Below are positions 8,444 to 17,852 of a stretch of 27,121 bases of DNA, one piece after another (the stretch's first letter is position 1; each line of letters begins with the position of its first letter). The stretch comes from a virus (taxonomy: Duplodnaviria; Caudoviricetes). Under the pieces are notes generated by a model, which was given only the letters and a program-made list of their open reading frames with translations, did not search any database and was not told the origin of the DNA. Where the stretch lies: positions 1 to 27,121 of the IMG/VR virus record IMGVR_UViG_3300025637_000049; one strand, 5' to 3'. The translations under genes were made by a program, and so were the position numbers.

Positions 8444-8689
8444 ATGGAAGTTGTGGATGTTGTGGGGATTTCCACCTCTATAGTAGTTGCGATGGCGGCG
8501 GGTATGGTTATGCTTTGGAAGAGTAACCAAGCCTCCTTAGCCAGTAGGATAAAGCACACAGAAGATAAGTTGGATAAGTGTGAGGAACACCACCAACAGG
8601 CACTAGACTCTATAGTTATACTAGCTGAAAGAGTTGGTAACTTAGAAGGCTATGCTAAACATTTCCCCAAGATAAAAGATCTATTGTAG
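8444..8689 (+). CDS. Membrane-anchored coiled-coil protein (holin/spanin-like lysis accessory)
   Basis: N-terminal transmembrane stretch (VVGISTSIVVAMAAGMVMLW) followed by a helical, charged segment. Confidence 0.6.
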   Translation: MEVVDVVGISTSIVVAMAAGMVMLWKSNQASLASRIKHTEDKLDKCEEHHQQALDSIVILAERVGNLEGYAKHFPKIKDLL

Positions 8690-8712
8690 TCACGTCAATT
8701 TAAAGTTATTAT
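8684..8712 (+). promoter_or_regulatory. Possible sigma70 promoter for tail genes
   Basis: TTGTAG (8684-8689), 17-nt spacer, TATTAT (8707-8712), leading into a 74-nt intergenic gap. Confidence 0.4.
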
Positions 8713-8763
8713 AGAATAAGTAGCGCCATAAGCTACACACCAACCTACTAGAAGGAAGTTAAG

Positions 8764-9375
8764 ATGCAAGACATAAGAGATGTAGACCATACATTGTTTA
8801 ATGAAGGTACACAGAACGAAGCCGATAAAGTTTTACTGGTTAAGTTCTTTTTTAAACCTATGATAGACAAAGAGAAGTCTACAGAGCAACAACGTGCAGT
8901 ATATAAAGATCGGTTATATATTAGTATAACAATTCCTGGAAGTAGGGAAGCTACAGTACGAGTAGCTCATGCTGGCGATTTAGACCGTTTCCCAGAGCAC
9001 TACGCTAGGTTCAAGAACCGAGTAGAGGAACCGCTAGAAGGTACTCCACTAAAAGAATGGCCTATGATTACAAGAAGTATGGCCGAAGAATTGAGCTTTT
9101 TAAACATTAAGACTGTTGAGCAGTTAGCTGGTATGTCAGACACCCATGCAGGTAAACTCATGAGTGGCTACCAACTAAAGCAAGATGCAAAAGAATGGTT
9201 AGAGCGCACAAAGAAAGATGTAACCACTGGCAAGTTACAGACTGAGTTAGCTCAGCGTGATGAAACCATTGCTAAAATGCAAGCCCAGATAGAAGAGTTG
9301 ATAGCAAACTCAAAACCAAAAGCTAAGGCAAAAGCCAAAGCTAAAGCCGAGTGGCCAGAACCTAAAGAAGGGTAG
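8764..9375 (+). CDS. Hypothetical phage protein preceding the tail adaptor
   Basis: GTPLKEWPMITRSMAEELSFLNIKTVEQLA (HhH-like) segment, C-terminal coiled coil and KAKAKA tail. RBS AAGGA. Confidence 0.75.
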   Translation: MQDIRDVDHTLFNEGTQNEADKVLLVKFFFKPMIDKEKSTEQQRAVYKDRLYISITIPGSREATVRVAHAGDLDRFPEHYARFKNRVEEPLEGTPLKEWPMITRSMAEELSFLNIKTVEQLAGMSDTHAGKLMSGYQLKQDAKEWLERTKKDVTTGKLQTELAQRDETIAKMQAQIEELIANSKPKAKAKAKAKAEWPEPKEG

Positions 9376-9380
9376 TCTTA

Positions 9381-10124
9381 ATGCCAGTAACCACCGCAGG
9401 AACAGCGAATACACTATTAAATACTGTGGCTGCGGAGGTTGGGCTAACACCCGCCACTGACCCATGGGCCAGTAACGAACCCCAATTTGTACAGATGCGA
9501 GTCCTTCTTCAATTAGTTGGGGAGGAGCTTTGCTGGTTGGGTGAATGGGAGCACTTAAACAGGTCTTACAGCATAACAACAGCGGTAGGTGACACAGGTC
9601 TATACGACTTACCTAGTGACTACCTAACAATGATTCAGCAGACAGGGTGGGAGCTTAGTAATAACACCCCATTACTAGGGCCATTAAGTCCACAAGACTG
9701 GGCTTACTTAAAAGGTCGTGACCTAGTCAGCCAAAGTATCTATGCCAACTTCCGTTTACAAGATGGTAAGTTTAGTGTATTCCCTCAACCACCCCCTGCT
9801 GGCTTAGTCTTAGACTTTGAGTACAGAGCTAATACCTTTGTACAAGACCCTACAACGCCAGAGGTTAAAACGGCCATTATAAACAATGGCGCAGACATTG
9901 TACTTTTTGACAAAACATTAGTTTCTCGTTACTTAAAAGTTAAGTGGTTAGAGGCAAAGGGTTTTGACAGCACAAAAGCCCAAGACGATGTAAATATGAT
10001 GTTTGGGTTAGTACAGCCCGCAGATGGTGCTGGTGGTAAGATACTTAGTGCAGGCCGTAGTCGTAGAGGGTTCCCGTACCTAAACAGTCGCTATAACGTG
10101 AGGGATACTGGCTATGGCAATTAG
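9381..10124 (+). CDS. Head-tail adaptor (P22 gp4 / T7 gp11-like)
   Basis: Size, synteny, and motifs YDLPSDY, LGPLSPQDW, FSVFPQP, KWLEAKGFD. Confidence 0.75.
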   Translation: MPVTTAGTANTLLNTVAAEVGLTPATDPWASNEPQFVQMRVLLQLVGEELCWLGEWEHLNRSYSITTAVGDTGLYDLPSDYLTMIQQTGWELSNNTPLLGPLSPQDWAYLKGRDLVSQSIYANFRLQDGKFSVFPQPPPAGLVLDFEYRANTFVQDPTTPEVKTAIINNGADIVLFDKTLVSRYLKVKWLEAKGFDSTKAQDDVNMMFGLVQPADGAGGKILSAGRSRRGFPYLNSRYNVRDTGYGN

Positions 10125-11829
10125 ACCGACAGCCAAAGGTATTAAAAGAGGTCAAGAGAGAACCATTCAATCTCTTACACTCCCAGCACCCCAAGGTGGT
10201 GTAGACGCTAGGTCTCCTCTAGCCACCATGTCTGGTAGTAATAGTATCTACAGTTACAACCTCACTGTACAAGAAGGTGCAGTAGAGCTTCGAGCTGGTT
10301 ATAGAGAATGGTCTTTAGGGTTAGAGCAAACAAGCAATTTGTCAGCAGGCACCTTAATTCCTCACACAACAGCGGGGAGTAACTTTTTATGGGCGGTGAC
10401 TAACGAAGGCATATGGAACATAACTGATTACAACATTGCCCCAGTTCACGAGCTTCAACCAGATGCTACTGGGGTGGCTGAAGATGATTGGACAGACACA
10501 TCTGCAGATGCTAGTTACGGCGTATTTACAGCATTCACAGCTGACAATGGTGACGAATATGTGTTGTATGCCGACAGCCGTAATGGTTTGTGGCAAAGAA
10601 ACGTATCGATCCCCACAACTCCTTTATGGGTTAGGCCAAACCTAATTTCTCCAGGAGGTGCTAACCCTGATGTCGAGGTAGAGGATGTAAACTTTGTTAT
10701 AGTTCACAAGCAAAGAATATGGGTTGTGGAAAGAGACAAAAACTACGCCCATTACTTGGGTATAGGGGCAATTTCGGGTGCAACAACAGCTTTCTTTTTT
10801 GGCTCTAAGTTTAAGTATGGTGGTGGTATTGCTGGGCTATTTAACTGGACTGTAGATGGCGGTGCAGGGGTTGACGACTACCTAGTTGCAGTGGGTGAAG
10901 GTGGTGACCTAATACCGTACAGAGGCATAGACCCAAGTCAAGACGATTGGCAGAACGTAGGTAGTTTCTACATTGGCCAGCCTCCTATAGGTGGAACATT
11001 TGCCAGTGAGTACGCAGGGGAGTTGTATTTTTTAAGTGAGTTTGGTGTTATAGCCATGTCTGACATCTTGAAAGGTGTAGATTTGGGTGATTCTAACCGT
11101 AACCCCAACAGCCTTAGCTTTTTAATCACTAAACTATTAAGAAAAGACGTGGCTCAAAGATCTAACAGCTACGGTTGGCAGATGATATTTGCACCGAGCC
11201 GTGGTGATTTAATCATAAACACCCCACAAGCGGGAGTTACCCAACCAACACAGTATGTACTGAATTTGAGTATGGGTGCTTGGTCTTTTTGGCGAGACAT
11301 CCCAATGTCCGCTGTTATAGACTGGAACACTTCTGTTTACATATTAGCGGAACCTTCTGGGGCTACCAGTAGTAATGCGTATCTAATGGATGTGAACAGG
11401 GACAATGTTAAAATAGTACCTCCTACCAGTGGGCAGAATGGTGACGACATAAATTTTTCAATACTTACGTCTTTCAGCAGACTCGGTGCTGACACTGTTT
11501 ACAAAAAGGTTCAGTATGTTAGGACAGACTTCCTAGCCTCTAACGCACCTACGCTTAACACCAGAGTGCTGTACGACTACAATATAAACGAACCCACCAC
11601 ACCAGTATCTCCACCAGACGAGGGGGTTTTAGTATCGGGACTTTGGGACATTAGTACATGGGACAATGCTTTGTGGGCGCAAGGCCAGTATGGATCTCCA
11701 TCCAACGTAACAATAGGTGCAGATGGTATGGGGCGCTCTGTCGCTATAGCCATAAGAGGCACAGCGATAGACAAAACCGTACTACTTAGCTGGGATATAA
11801 GTTGGGTTGCGGGTAACTACGCACTGTGA
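10114..11829 (+). CDS. Tail nozzle / head-closure protein (P22 gp10 / T7 gp12-like)
   Basis: 571 aa beta-rich protein after the adaptor. LPAPQGG, HKQRIWVVE, WTVDGGAGVDDYLVAV, LWDISTWDNALW. Confidence 0.78.
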   Translation: MAIRPTAKGIKRGQERTIQSLTLPAPQGGVDARSPLATMSGSNSIYSYNLTVQEGAVELRAGYREWSLGLEQTSNLSAGTLIPHTTAGSNFLWAVTNEGIWNITDYNIAPVHELQPDATGVAEDDWTDTSADASYGVFTAFTADNGDEYVLYADSRNGLWQRNVSIPTTPLWVRPNLISPGGANPDVEVEDVNFVIVHKQRIWVVERDKNYAHYLGIGAISGATTAFFFGSKFKYGGGIAGLFNWTVDGGAGVDDYLVAVGEGGDLIPYRGIDPSQDDWQNVGSFYIGQPPIGGTFASEYAGELYFLSEFGVIAMSDILKGVDLGDSNRNPNSLSFLITKLLRKDVAQRSNSYGWQMIFAPSRGDLIINTPQAGVTQPTQYVLNLSMGAWSFWRDIPMSAVIDWNTSVYILAEPSGATSSNAYLMDVNRDNVKIVPPTSGQNGDDINFSILTSFSRLGADTVYKKVQYVRTDFLASNAPTLNTRVLYDYNINEPTTPVSPPDEGVLVSGLWDISTWDNALWAQGQYGSPSNVTIGADGMGRSVAIAIRGTAIDKTVLLSWDISWVAGNYAL

Positions 11830-12254
11830 AAACTTCCTATAGGCAGATGGATGCTAGTGACTGGGAATGGTTTCAAGAAAAACTGCCTGTGTTCATGGTG
11901 GAGGACAGTGCTGGTATAATTATGGTGGATGGGGAAGAAAGGCTTGCCGCATGGGTTTTTGATAACTATACTGGTGCAAGCGTTCAATGCCACCTAGTAA
12001 TAGAAAAGCCCATGTGTTTAAGACATGGGCTTATACAAACCATAGCTAATCTGGCTTTCGATACACTAGAATGCTTTGCAATATACGCCCTTGTACCTAG
12101 TAACAAAGAAAAAGGTCTTAAAATAAACGAGCACATAGGTTTTACTGAGAAGTGTGTTATGAAAAATGCGTTTGCTAAAGGGGTAGATTCTCACTTATTA
12201 GAGTTACTTCCTGAAAATTGCAATTACTATCAAATTCAAGACAGGGCAGCATAA
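11826..12254 (+). CDS. GNAT-fold virion-assembly protein (T7 gp13 / P22 gp14-like position)
   Basis: ALVPSNKEKGLKINEHIGFTEK resembles the GNAT C-terminal motif. Lies between the nozzle and ejection genes. Confidence 0.7.
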   Translation: MKTSYRQMDASDWEWFQEKLPVFMVEDSAGIIMVDGEERLAAWVFDNYTGASVQCHLVIEKPMCLRHGLIQTIANLAFDTLECFAIYALVPSNKEKGLKINEHIGFTEKCVMKNAFAKGVDSHLLELLPENCNYYQIQDRAA

Positions 12255-13378
12255 TGGGTAAAAAATCAAGTGATCCAGCAGATGTAGCTGGGGCAGCAAA
12301 AATAGAGGCCAAGGCAAATAGAGAAGCCGCCGCAGCCGAAATGTACGCTAACAAGGCAAACCAATTCAACTACCTTGGTGGGGTTGAATGGACTCCAACT
12401 TACGAAAAAGACCCTGTTACTGGCACAACGGTTACTCGCTGGACTCAAGAAAACAGCCTCAGCCCCAATGCACAAGCCGCCGTAGACCCTATGATGCAGC
12501 AGATAGCTGACAGGGCAGAAATGGCCAATGCCCTGTCTGGCAGAATATATGACGAAATGGGCGAAGCGCCTGATTTTGATCAGTTTGGTGAAGCAACGGT
12601 AGCCCCAGCCTTTGGTGAGTATAACCAAATTACAGGCAGAGAAGACTATGTTGATGCCCCTGTAAGAGGCGATTACCAAGACGCCGCTGTTCGTGGGGAT
12701 TACCGAGAGTTTGAGTTTGATGACAGCAGTCGTCAGGCCGTAGAAGACGCCTATTATAATAAAGAGGCCAGTCGTCTAGATGCAAGGTATGGCAACGAAG
12801 CAACTGAAATGGAGGTAAATCTTCGTTCTAAAGGGTTGCGTCCAGGAGATCAAGCATACGATTCCGCAATGGCCAGTTTCGGGACAACTAAAAATGATGC
12901 TTACGAACAGGCAAGGTACAATGCTATTATTGGTGGCGGTGAAGAGTCTGACAGAGCTTACGACCAGCAATTTGGCGTGGTGGATTACTTTAACCAGCAA
13001 GTTGATTCAACGTATGGTCAAGATGTTGATGCCATTGCTAGACTAGACGCACAAACAGACCAGACATACGACCAAGAACTGGCAGCAGCGGAATACGCAA
13101 ACCAGCAAATTGACCAGACATACAACCAAGGTATTGGCGAAACTGAGTACGCAAACCAACTCCTTGATTCAGAGTATGACATGAGACTAGGAGAGACAGA
13201 AGCTGCCAATGCGCTTAGAGATAAGAAAATTGAAGAGTACATCAGCAAACGTGGGTTCTCACTTGCCGAGCAAGACAACCTCAGCCCTCTCAACGATTTA
13301 ACAACACTTGCTGGCTTAATAACTGGACAAGGTGTAGGTGGTAAAACTGACTCAGGAACGGGTGGAGGTGGATCATGA
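12254..13378 (+). CDS. Internal virion / DNA ejection protein
   Basis: Start reassigned to ATG 12254 (TAATG coupling; MGKKSSDP... N-terminus typical of ejection proteins). Helical, with 9-aa and 18-aa internal repeats. Confidence 0.72.
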   Translation: MGKKSSDPADVAGAAKIEAKANREAAAAEMYANKANQFNYLGGVEWTPTYEKDPVTGTTVTRWTQENSLSPNAQAAVDPMMQQIADRAEMANALSGRIYDEMGEAPDFDQFGEATVAPAFGEYNQITGREDYVDAPVRGDYQDAAVRGDYREFEFDDSSRQAVEDAYYNKEASRLDARYGNEATEMEVNLRSKGLRPGDQAYDSAMASFGTTKNDAYEQARYNAIIGGGEESDRAYDQQFGVVDYFNQQVDSTYGQDVDAIARLDAQTDQTYDQELAAAEYANQQIDQTYNQGIGETEYANQLLDSEYDMRLGETEAANALRDKKIEEYISKRGFSLAEQDNLSPLNDLTTLAGLITGQGVGGKTDSGTGGGGS

Positions 13379-13683
13379 ACCTAAATAAACTGTTAGACCC
13401 TATAGGGGCTTTGGATGGTAAGGCTGGTGAGTATGCAGACTACCTTAAAACAAGTATGAAAGACCCAACCCGTATGGGCCTTGATGCAGACTACCGAGAT
13501 AAGGGTATGTTTGGCAAAATGGCCAGAGCTAATGACGAGCAGGCTGCCAAACAGCAAGTTATAAGTGATGATCAACAGTATGCGCAGTCTATGGCTGATA
13601 TGGGCGCTGCCGCCGTCGCAGGTTCGGGTTCAGCTATGGACTTCAACACTTACTATGCAGACCAATTGAGAGGACTCAAGTAG
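13375..13683 (+). CDS. Hypothetical virion protein
   Basis: ATGA coupling, RBS GGAGG, located in the ejection-protein block. Confidence 0.65.
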   Translation: MNLNKLLDPIGALDGKAGEYADYLKTSMKDPTRMGLDADYRDKGMFGKMARANDEQAAKQQVISDDQQYAQSMADMGAAAVAGSGSAMDFNTYYADQLRGLK

Positions 13684-14231
13684 TGGGTAAAAGATCTCGT
13701 AAAAACAAAAATCCTTACAAGTACGCACTTACTTCTGATAGAGCGACTGCAAAAGATGTTGCTGTTGAAAAAGGTGATATGCTGAAAAGTGCAATGTACA
13801 ATACACCCAGCGGTGGTTATAATTATGACAGACTGGGTTCTGGTAGACAAGCTGCAAACGCTTACAACCAGCAAGTGAATCAGTACGCCAAGGATAAGTC
13901 AGAGCAGGTGACTGCGCAAAACAAATACGACCAACTCCGCACCCCTAATAAAGATTTTGGTAAATTGGGTAATAAAGCTAGAAGGCAGAAGGTTAAGCAA
14001 CAAAACAAACAGGGTATGGTTAGGCCAGAAGTTACCGCCGTGGCTCCACAGCAATTGGCGTATCAGCCTGCTTACAATAGTGCTGCAAGAAGCATGGGCG
14101 GCCCAAGAAGCATGGATTCTAGAATGGCTAATTTACGTAACAAAGCTGGCAGAAGCAGGTCTCCAGCAGGTCAATCACAAGAACAAGCACCTGCGGCGGG
14201 TACAGTCGCGCAAGGTCAAATTAAATCATAG
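13683..14231 (+). CDS. Highly basic hypothetical (internal virion) protein
   Basis: GTG start overlapping the upstream TAG. K/R/Q-rich, low complexity. Confidence 0.65.
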   Translation: MGKRSRKNKNPYKYALTSDRATAKDVAVEKGDMLKSAMYNTPSGGYNYDRLGSGRQAANAYNQQVNQYAKDKSEQVTAQNKYDQLRTPNKDFGKLGNKARRQKVKQQNKQGMVRPEVTAVAPQQLAYQPAYNSAARSMGGPRSMDSRMANLRNKAGRSRSPAGQSQEQAPAAGTVAQGQIKS

Positions 14232-14240
14232 GAGTTAGTC

Positions 14241-14993
14241 ATGGCACTATTTCAACCATACCAAAGAGTAAGCAGAGCAAAAGTTCCGTCTTATGTACAG
14301 GCAGAGATTGCACAAGCAAGGGCTGACCAAGCCTCTAAGTCTGCTGAAAACTCAGCAAGGTCTATGAATATGTTGGGTGGAGCCACCCTCTATAACCAAG
14401 GTATGAATGCAGCGGGTAAGTCGCCTATTAGTGACTTCATCAGTGAGTCATTTGATGGTGGGATGACAGGTACTCCAACATCTACCGAAGCACTACCCAA
14501 CGACCCTAGTATTCAACAAAATATGGACCTTATGGATGCTGGTCTAAACGACCCTAGTGTAAATCCAGGAGCTATGGGGCCAGTAGACCCAGCATTGTCA
14601 ACAGTAGACCCACTAACTACCGCCGCAGAAGCTAATGCAGGAGTTGTTCCTGTAGATGCAGGAGTTGTTCCTGTAGATGGTGGCATTGGCGGTCTTGGTA
14701 CTGAGGCAGGCGCATTAGGTACTGAGGCAGCATTAGGTACTGAGGCAGGCGCATTAGGTGTTGAGGCAGGCAGTACAGCAGCGTTAGAGAGCGCACTAGC
14801 AACTAACGCAGCAGCAGGCACTGGCGTAGGCACTGGCGTAGGCACTGGCGTAGGCACTGGCGTAGGCACTGGCGTAGGCACTGGCGTAGGTACAGCAGCA
14901 GGTGGCGCAGCAGGTGGTGGCGCTATGAGTAGTGCATTAGCGGCCTTGGGGCCATTAGGCGCAATTGCGGCACTAGCCGCCTTATTTGGGTAA
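14241..14993 (+). CDS. Gly/Ala-rich ejection protein with C-terminal hydrophobic helix
   Basis: RBS AGGAG. Tandem repeats (GTGV)6. Ends ALAALGPLGAIAALAALFG. Confidence 0.72.
   Translation: MALFQPYQRVSRAKVPSYVQAEIAQARADQASKSAENSARSMNMLGGATLYNQGMNAAGKSPISDFISESFDGGMTGTPTSTEALPNDPSIQQNMDLMDAGLNDPSVNPGAMGPVDPALSTVDPLTTAAEANAGVVPVDAGVVPVDGGIGGLGTEAGALGTEAALGTEAGALGVEAGSTAALESALATNAAAGTGVGTGVGTGVGTGVGTGVGTGVGTAAGGAAGGGAMSSALAALGPLGAIAALAALFG
14637..14770 (+). repeat. In-frame 21/18-bp tandem repeats
   Basis: GCAGGAGTTGTTCCTGTAGAT x2 (14637-14678), then four GGTACTGAGGCA(GGC)GCATTA-type units from 14697. Confidence 0.85.
14817..14888 (+). repeat. Perfect 12-bp tandem repeat x6
   Basis: (GGCACTGGCGTA)6 encoding (GTGV)6. 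Confidence 0.95.
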
Positions 14994-14999
14994 TATAAA

Positions 15000-16358
15000 A
15001 TGCCAATAGACTTTTCACAATTGCAACAAGCTATGGGTGCAAACACTCAGGCGCAGGCTGATTTTCAGGCAACTGAAGACCCATACGCTTACGCCCAGCA
15101 ATTACGGGGTGGAGCTAACATACAACCAGACGCATATGGGCAGGTCAGCCCGTTGCAGATTATAGGTGATATGATTGGTCAGTCTACTGGTCGCAGAGAT
15201 GTTAGAAATCTAGAAGAAGAGCGCAAAGGTTTGTCACAAACCATGGCAGCGGCTGAGGCTATGAAGCAGCAGTACGAGTTAGAGGGTATTGAGCAAGATA
15301 GGGCGCTTAAACAGACCGCAGAAGCTAGGGCTGTAACCAAAGAAGCTAGGGAGGCAGCTAAGGTAGATGATAGAGACAAAACCCCTAGAACCTTTGTTGG
15401 CAACACTGGCCCAGTAGGTGCAGATGGTAAAAGGGCTACTGTAGAAGTTATGGGACTGTTTGACCCCATGGCCAAAGAGGGTAAGGGTGGTTGGGTTACT
15501 GAAGACGCACAAGGTAACACAGTCGAGATAAATATGTCGGAGATGAGAGAAAAAGAAAGTGCAGCTTCTGGTAATCGTAAAGGTTCTAAAGCAATGCCCA
15601 GCAGCACTTTGAAAGAGTTCAGAAACAAGGCTTCTAGAATAGGTAGCTTAAACCGAACCATAGATACTTTTGACCCCTCCTACATTCAGTCTGACTACGG
15701 TGGTAAGGCAGTTAAGACAGGTGTTATAAACAAAATTATGGATAAGTTCGCCAAAAACGACCTTGTCGATGTTATAGACTCAGAAGAGTTCAAAGAATTA
15801 GATGTCCAACTGCAAAAATCTATGTTGTGGTGGGGTGAGTTGATGCAAGGGTATAGTTTACAAGAGCGCCATGACTTGTTTGGTGCTACTCTGACAAATA
15901 ACGAATTCAAGAGTTGGGAGCAAGCGTTCGCGGTGATGAGAGGTATGGACCCTGAGACAGCCAAGGCTAGGCTGGGCATGGCTTCCTCTAGGGCTAATAG
16001 AATACTAGCTAACGACATAAACGTCACCAGAGCTAACTACCAAGACATTCCAGGAAATGTAGCCGCCATGGATTTACTTGCTGAGCAAGTAGGTTTCGAG
16101 AAAGCTGGTGAAGATGATTTGTGGCAATGGACTGGTTTATCAGAGTTTGAGAGCCAGTACATAGATAAGTTTGGTAATTTAGTAACCCAAACACAAGAGG
16201 GAGGGTCTACCCCACCAGAAGGTGGTGCAGGGGCGGGTACTGACCCCACTCAGTATGACATTTTTAAGCAAGGTATGAGTTCTGAAGACCAAGCTAAGTT
16301 TGACCAGTTAAGTGAATCTAATAAGCAAGTTTACATGACCCAGCAAGGTATGATATGA
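15000..16358 (+). CDS. Internal virion / ejection protein
   Basis: 452 aa, helical, in the ejection block, coupled to the next gene by ATGA. Confidence 0.7.
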   Translation: MPIDFSQLQQAMGANTQAQADFQATEDPYAYAQQLRGGANIQPDAYGQVSPLQIIGDMIGQSTGRRDVRNLEEERKGLSQTMAAAEAMKQQYELEGIEQDRALKQTAEARAVTKEAREAAKVDDRDKTPRTFVGNTGPVGADGKRATVEVMGLFDPMAKEGKGGWVTEDAQGNTVEINMSEMREKESAASGNRKGSKAMPSSTLKEFRNKASRIGSLNRTIDTFDPSYIQSDYGGKAVKTGVINKIMDKFAKNDLVDVIDSEEFKELDVQLQKSMLWWGELMQGYSLQERHDLFGATLTNNEFKSWEQAFAVMRGMDPETAKARLGMASSRANRILANDINVTRANYQDIPGNVAAMDLLAEQVGFEKAGEDDLWQWTGLSEFESQYIDKFGNLVTQTQEGGSTPPEGGAGAGTDPTQYDIFKQGMSSEDQAKFDQLSESNKQVYMTQQGMI

Positions 16359-17851
16359 ACTTAGACGAGCTACTCGCACAGCAACAGGCTGAGGAAGCTG
16401 CTTCTCAACCACAAGCAATCAGCTTAGACCAAATGCTTGAGCAGCAACAAGCTGAAGAACGAGCACCAGCAGAAGAAGTGGGTCGTAAGTATGAAAGATT
16501 ATTTAAGGCTGGCCCACTACAGAATACTCTAACCGCATTCAGTAGTGGTGGTGCGGAACTTGCTCGTATAGGTGACAATTTAAAAGACATGGTCGGCTTA
16601 ATGTCACCAGAAGAGGTCACTGCTAGAGACCAAGCAAGGCAACAAGAGTTATCCATGAATACAAATTTAGACATGGACTCTGGGTACGCTACAGCGGGTA
16701 AAATAGGTGCTGATATAGCTGCGGCCATTCCCACAGCGGCCCTTGCAACGAAACTTGGGGCAGCAGCTATACCCGCCGTGGCTATGAAGTACCTACCACA
16801 GGCAGGTACTAAATTGGCGGGGCTGGCTGGCGCATTGTTCGAAGGTGGTGTGGTAGGCGCTACGCAAAGTGAAGCAGGTAATAGGGGTGTTAATACCGCC
16901 CAAGCAGGGGCTACCAATGCGATTGTAGACACAGCCCTACGCAGTTTAAGCAGGGGTACTATTCGTGGCATAGGTAACGAGAGTAAAGAAGCTAAAAAAT
17001 TACTTGATCAAGCAGAGTTTAAAACAGGCGAAAGGCCATTTTTACCAATGCAACAATCTATAGACCCTAAAAGCACAGGCATTGGGGATACACTAGCTAA
17101 AGCGGGGGCTTATGTCGCCTCAGTTCTACCAAAAGCTAAAGCAACATTCACAAAGCAAGCGGATGAAGGCGCACAAGCAATTAATAAAGGCATTCTTCAG
17201 ACAAGGTTTGCAGGAAAAGACAGAGGGGCGACTGTCGGCAAAGTTTTAGATGAAACAGGTGATGTAGGTAAAGCAATAGATGCTTCTAGAAGAACACTTA
17301 AACAAGGAACCCGCACTCCTTACAGCAGCTTAGAGCAAGCAGCTATCGCAGCCGCAGCTAAAAAAGCACCGCAGGGTAGATTTACACCAGACCAACTGGC
17401 CACAGCTAGTAGGAAAGTTAAGGCAGACGACGATGCCGCTAGGGGTGTGTATGAAGTTAGTGGCGCACCGCTTGAAGACACTATAACCTCACTTCAGAAA
17501 ACAGTTGGGCAACCAGTTTCCGTAACGGACTTAGCCACCAGAACATTTTTCCAAGGCGTTACCAATGCTGTGGGGAATGTTGCAAGAGTTATTCCTGGAG
17601 CTAGTTTATTGGCCAGTACAGTGTCTACAAAAGGCTTCCAAAATTTTATCATGGGCAACACAGGTGCTCAAAAAACACTTCAAAATCTTATGAAAAAAGG
17701 TGATGACGCAGGTGTTGTTGAAGCTTTGAAAGGGTTTGTTAAAGCATATTCAGCAGACTCCAGCAATGACCAAGCAATGGATCAAAGGGATGGTGTACTT
17801 AACCAGAGTCTAACAGCAGCTTCTAATGTAAAAAACAGAGTAGGATTATAA
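16355..17851 (+). CDS. Internal virion / ejection protein (membrane-inserting type)
   Basis: Ala/Gly-rich hydrophobic segments (IGADIAAAIPTAALA ... LAGLAGALFEGGVVGA). Last gene before the tail fibre. Confidence 0.7.
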   Translation: MNLDELLAQQQAEEAASQPQAISLDQMLEQQQAEERAPAEEVGRKYERLFKAGPLQNTLTAFSSGGAELARIGDNLKDMVGLMSPEEVTARDQARQQELSMNTNLDMDSGYATAGKIGADIAAAIPTAALATKLGAAAIPAVAMKYLPQAGTKLAGLAGALFEGGVVGATQSEAGNRGVNTAQAGATNAIVDTALRSLSRGTIRGIGNESKEAKKLLDQAEFKTGERPFLPMQQSIDPKSTGIGDTLAKAGAYVASVLPKAKATFTKQADEGAQAINKGILQTRFAGKDRGATVGKVLDETGDVGKAIDASRRTLKQGTRTPYSSLEQAAIAAAAKKAPQGRFTPDQLATASRKVKADDDAARGVYEVSGAPLEDTITSLQKTVGQPVSVTDLATRTFFQGVTNAVGNVARVIPGASLLASTVSTKGFQNFIMGNTGAQKTLQNLMKKGDDAGVVEALKGFVKAYSADSSNDQAMDQRDGVLNQSLTAASNVKNRVGL

Positions 17852-17852
17852 A

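Noticed and set aside
12603-12618. CCCCAGCCTTTGGTGA resembling the capsid-leader core
   Set aside because: Partial match inside a CDS, lacking the UUCG loop and closing stem. Likely chance.
14513-15046. Antisense 177-aa Pro-rich ORF
   Set aside because: Mirror of the Gly/Ala repeats in the + strand gene, with no independent support.
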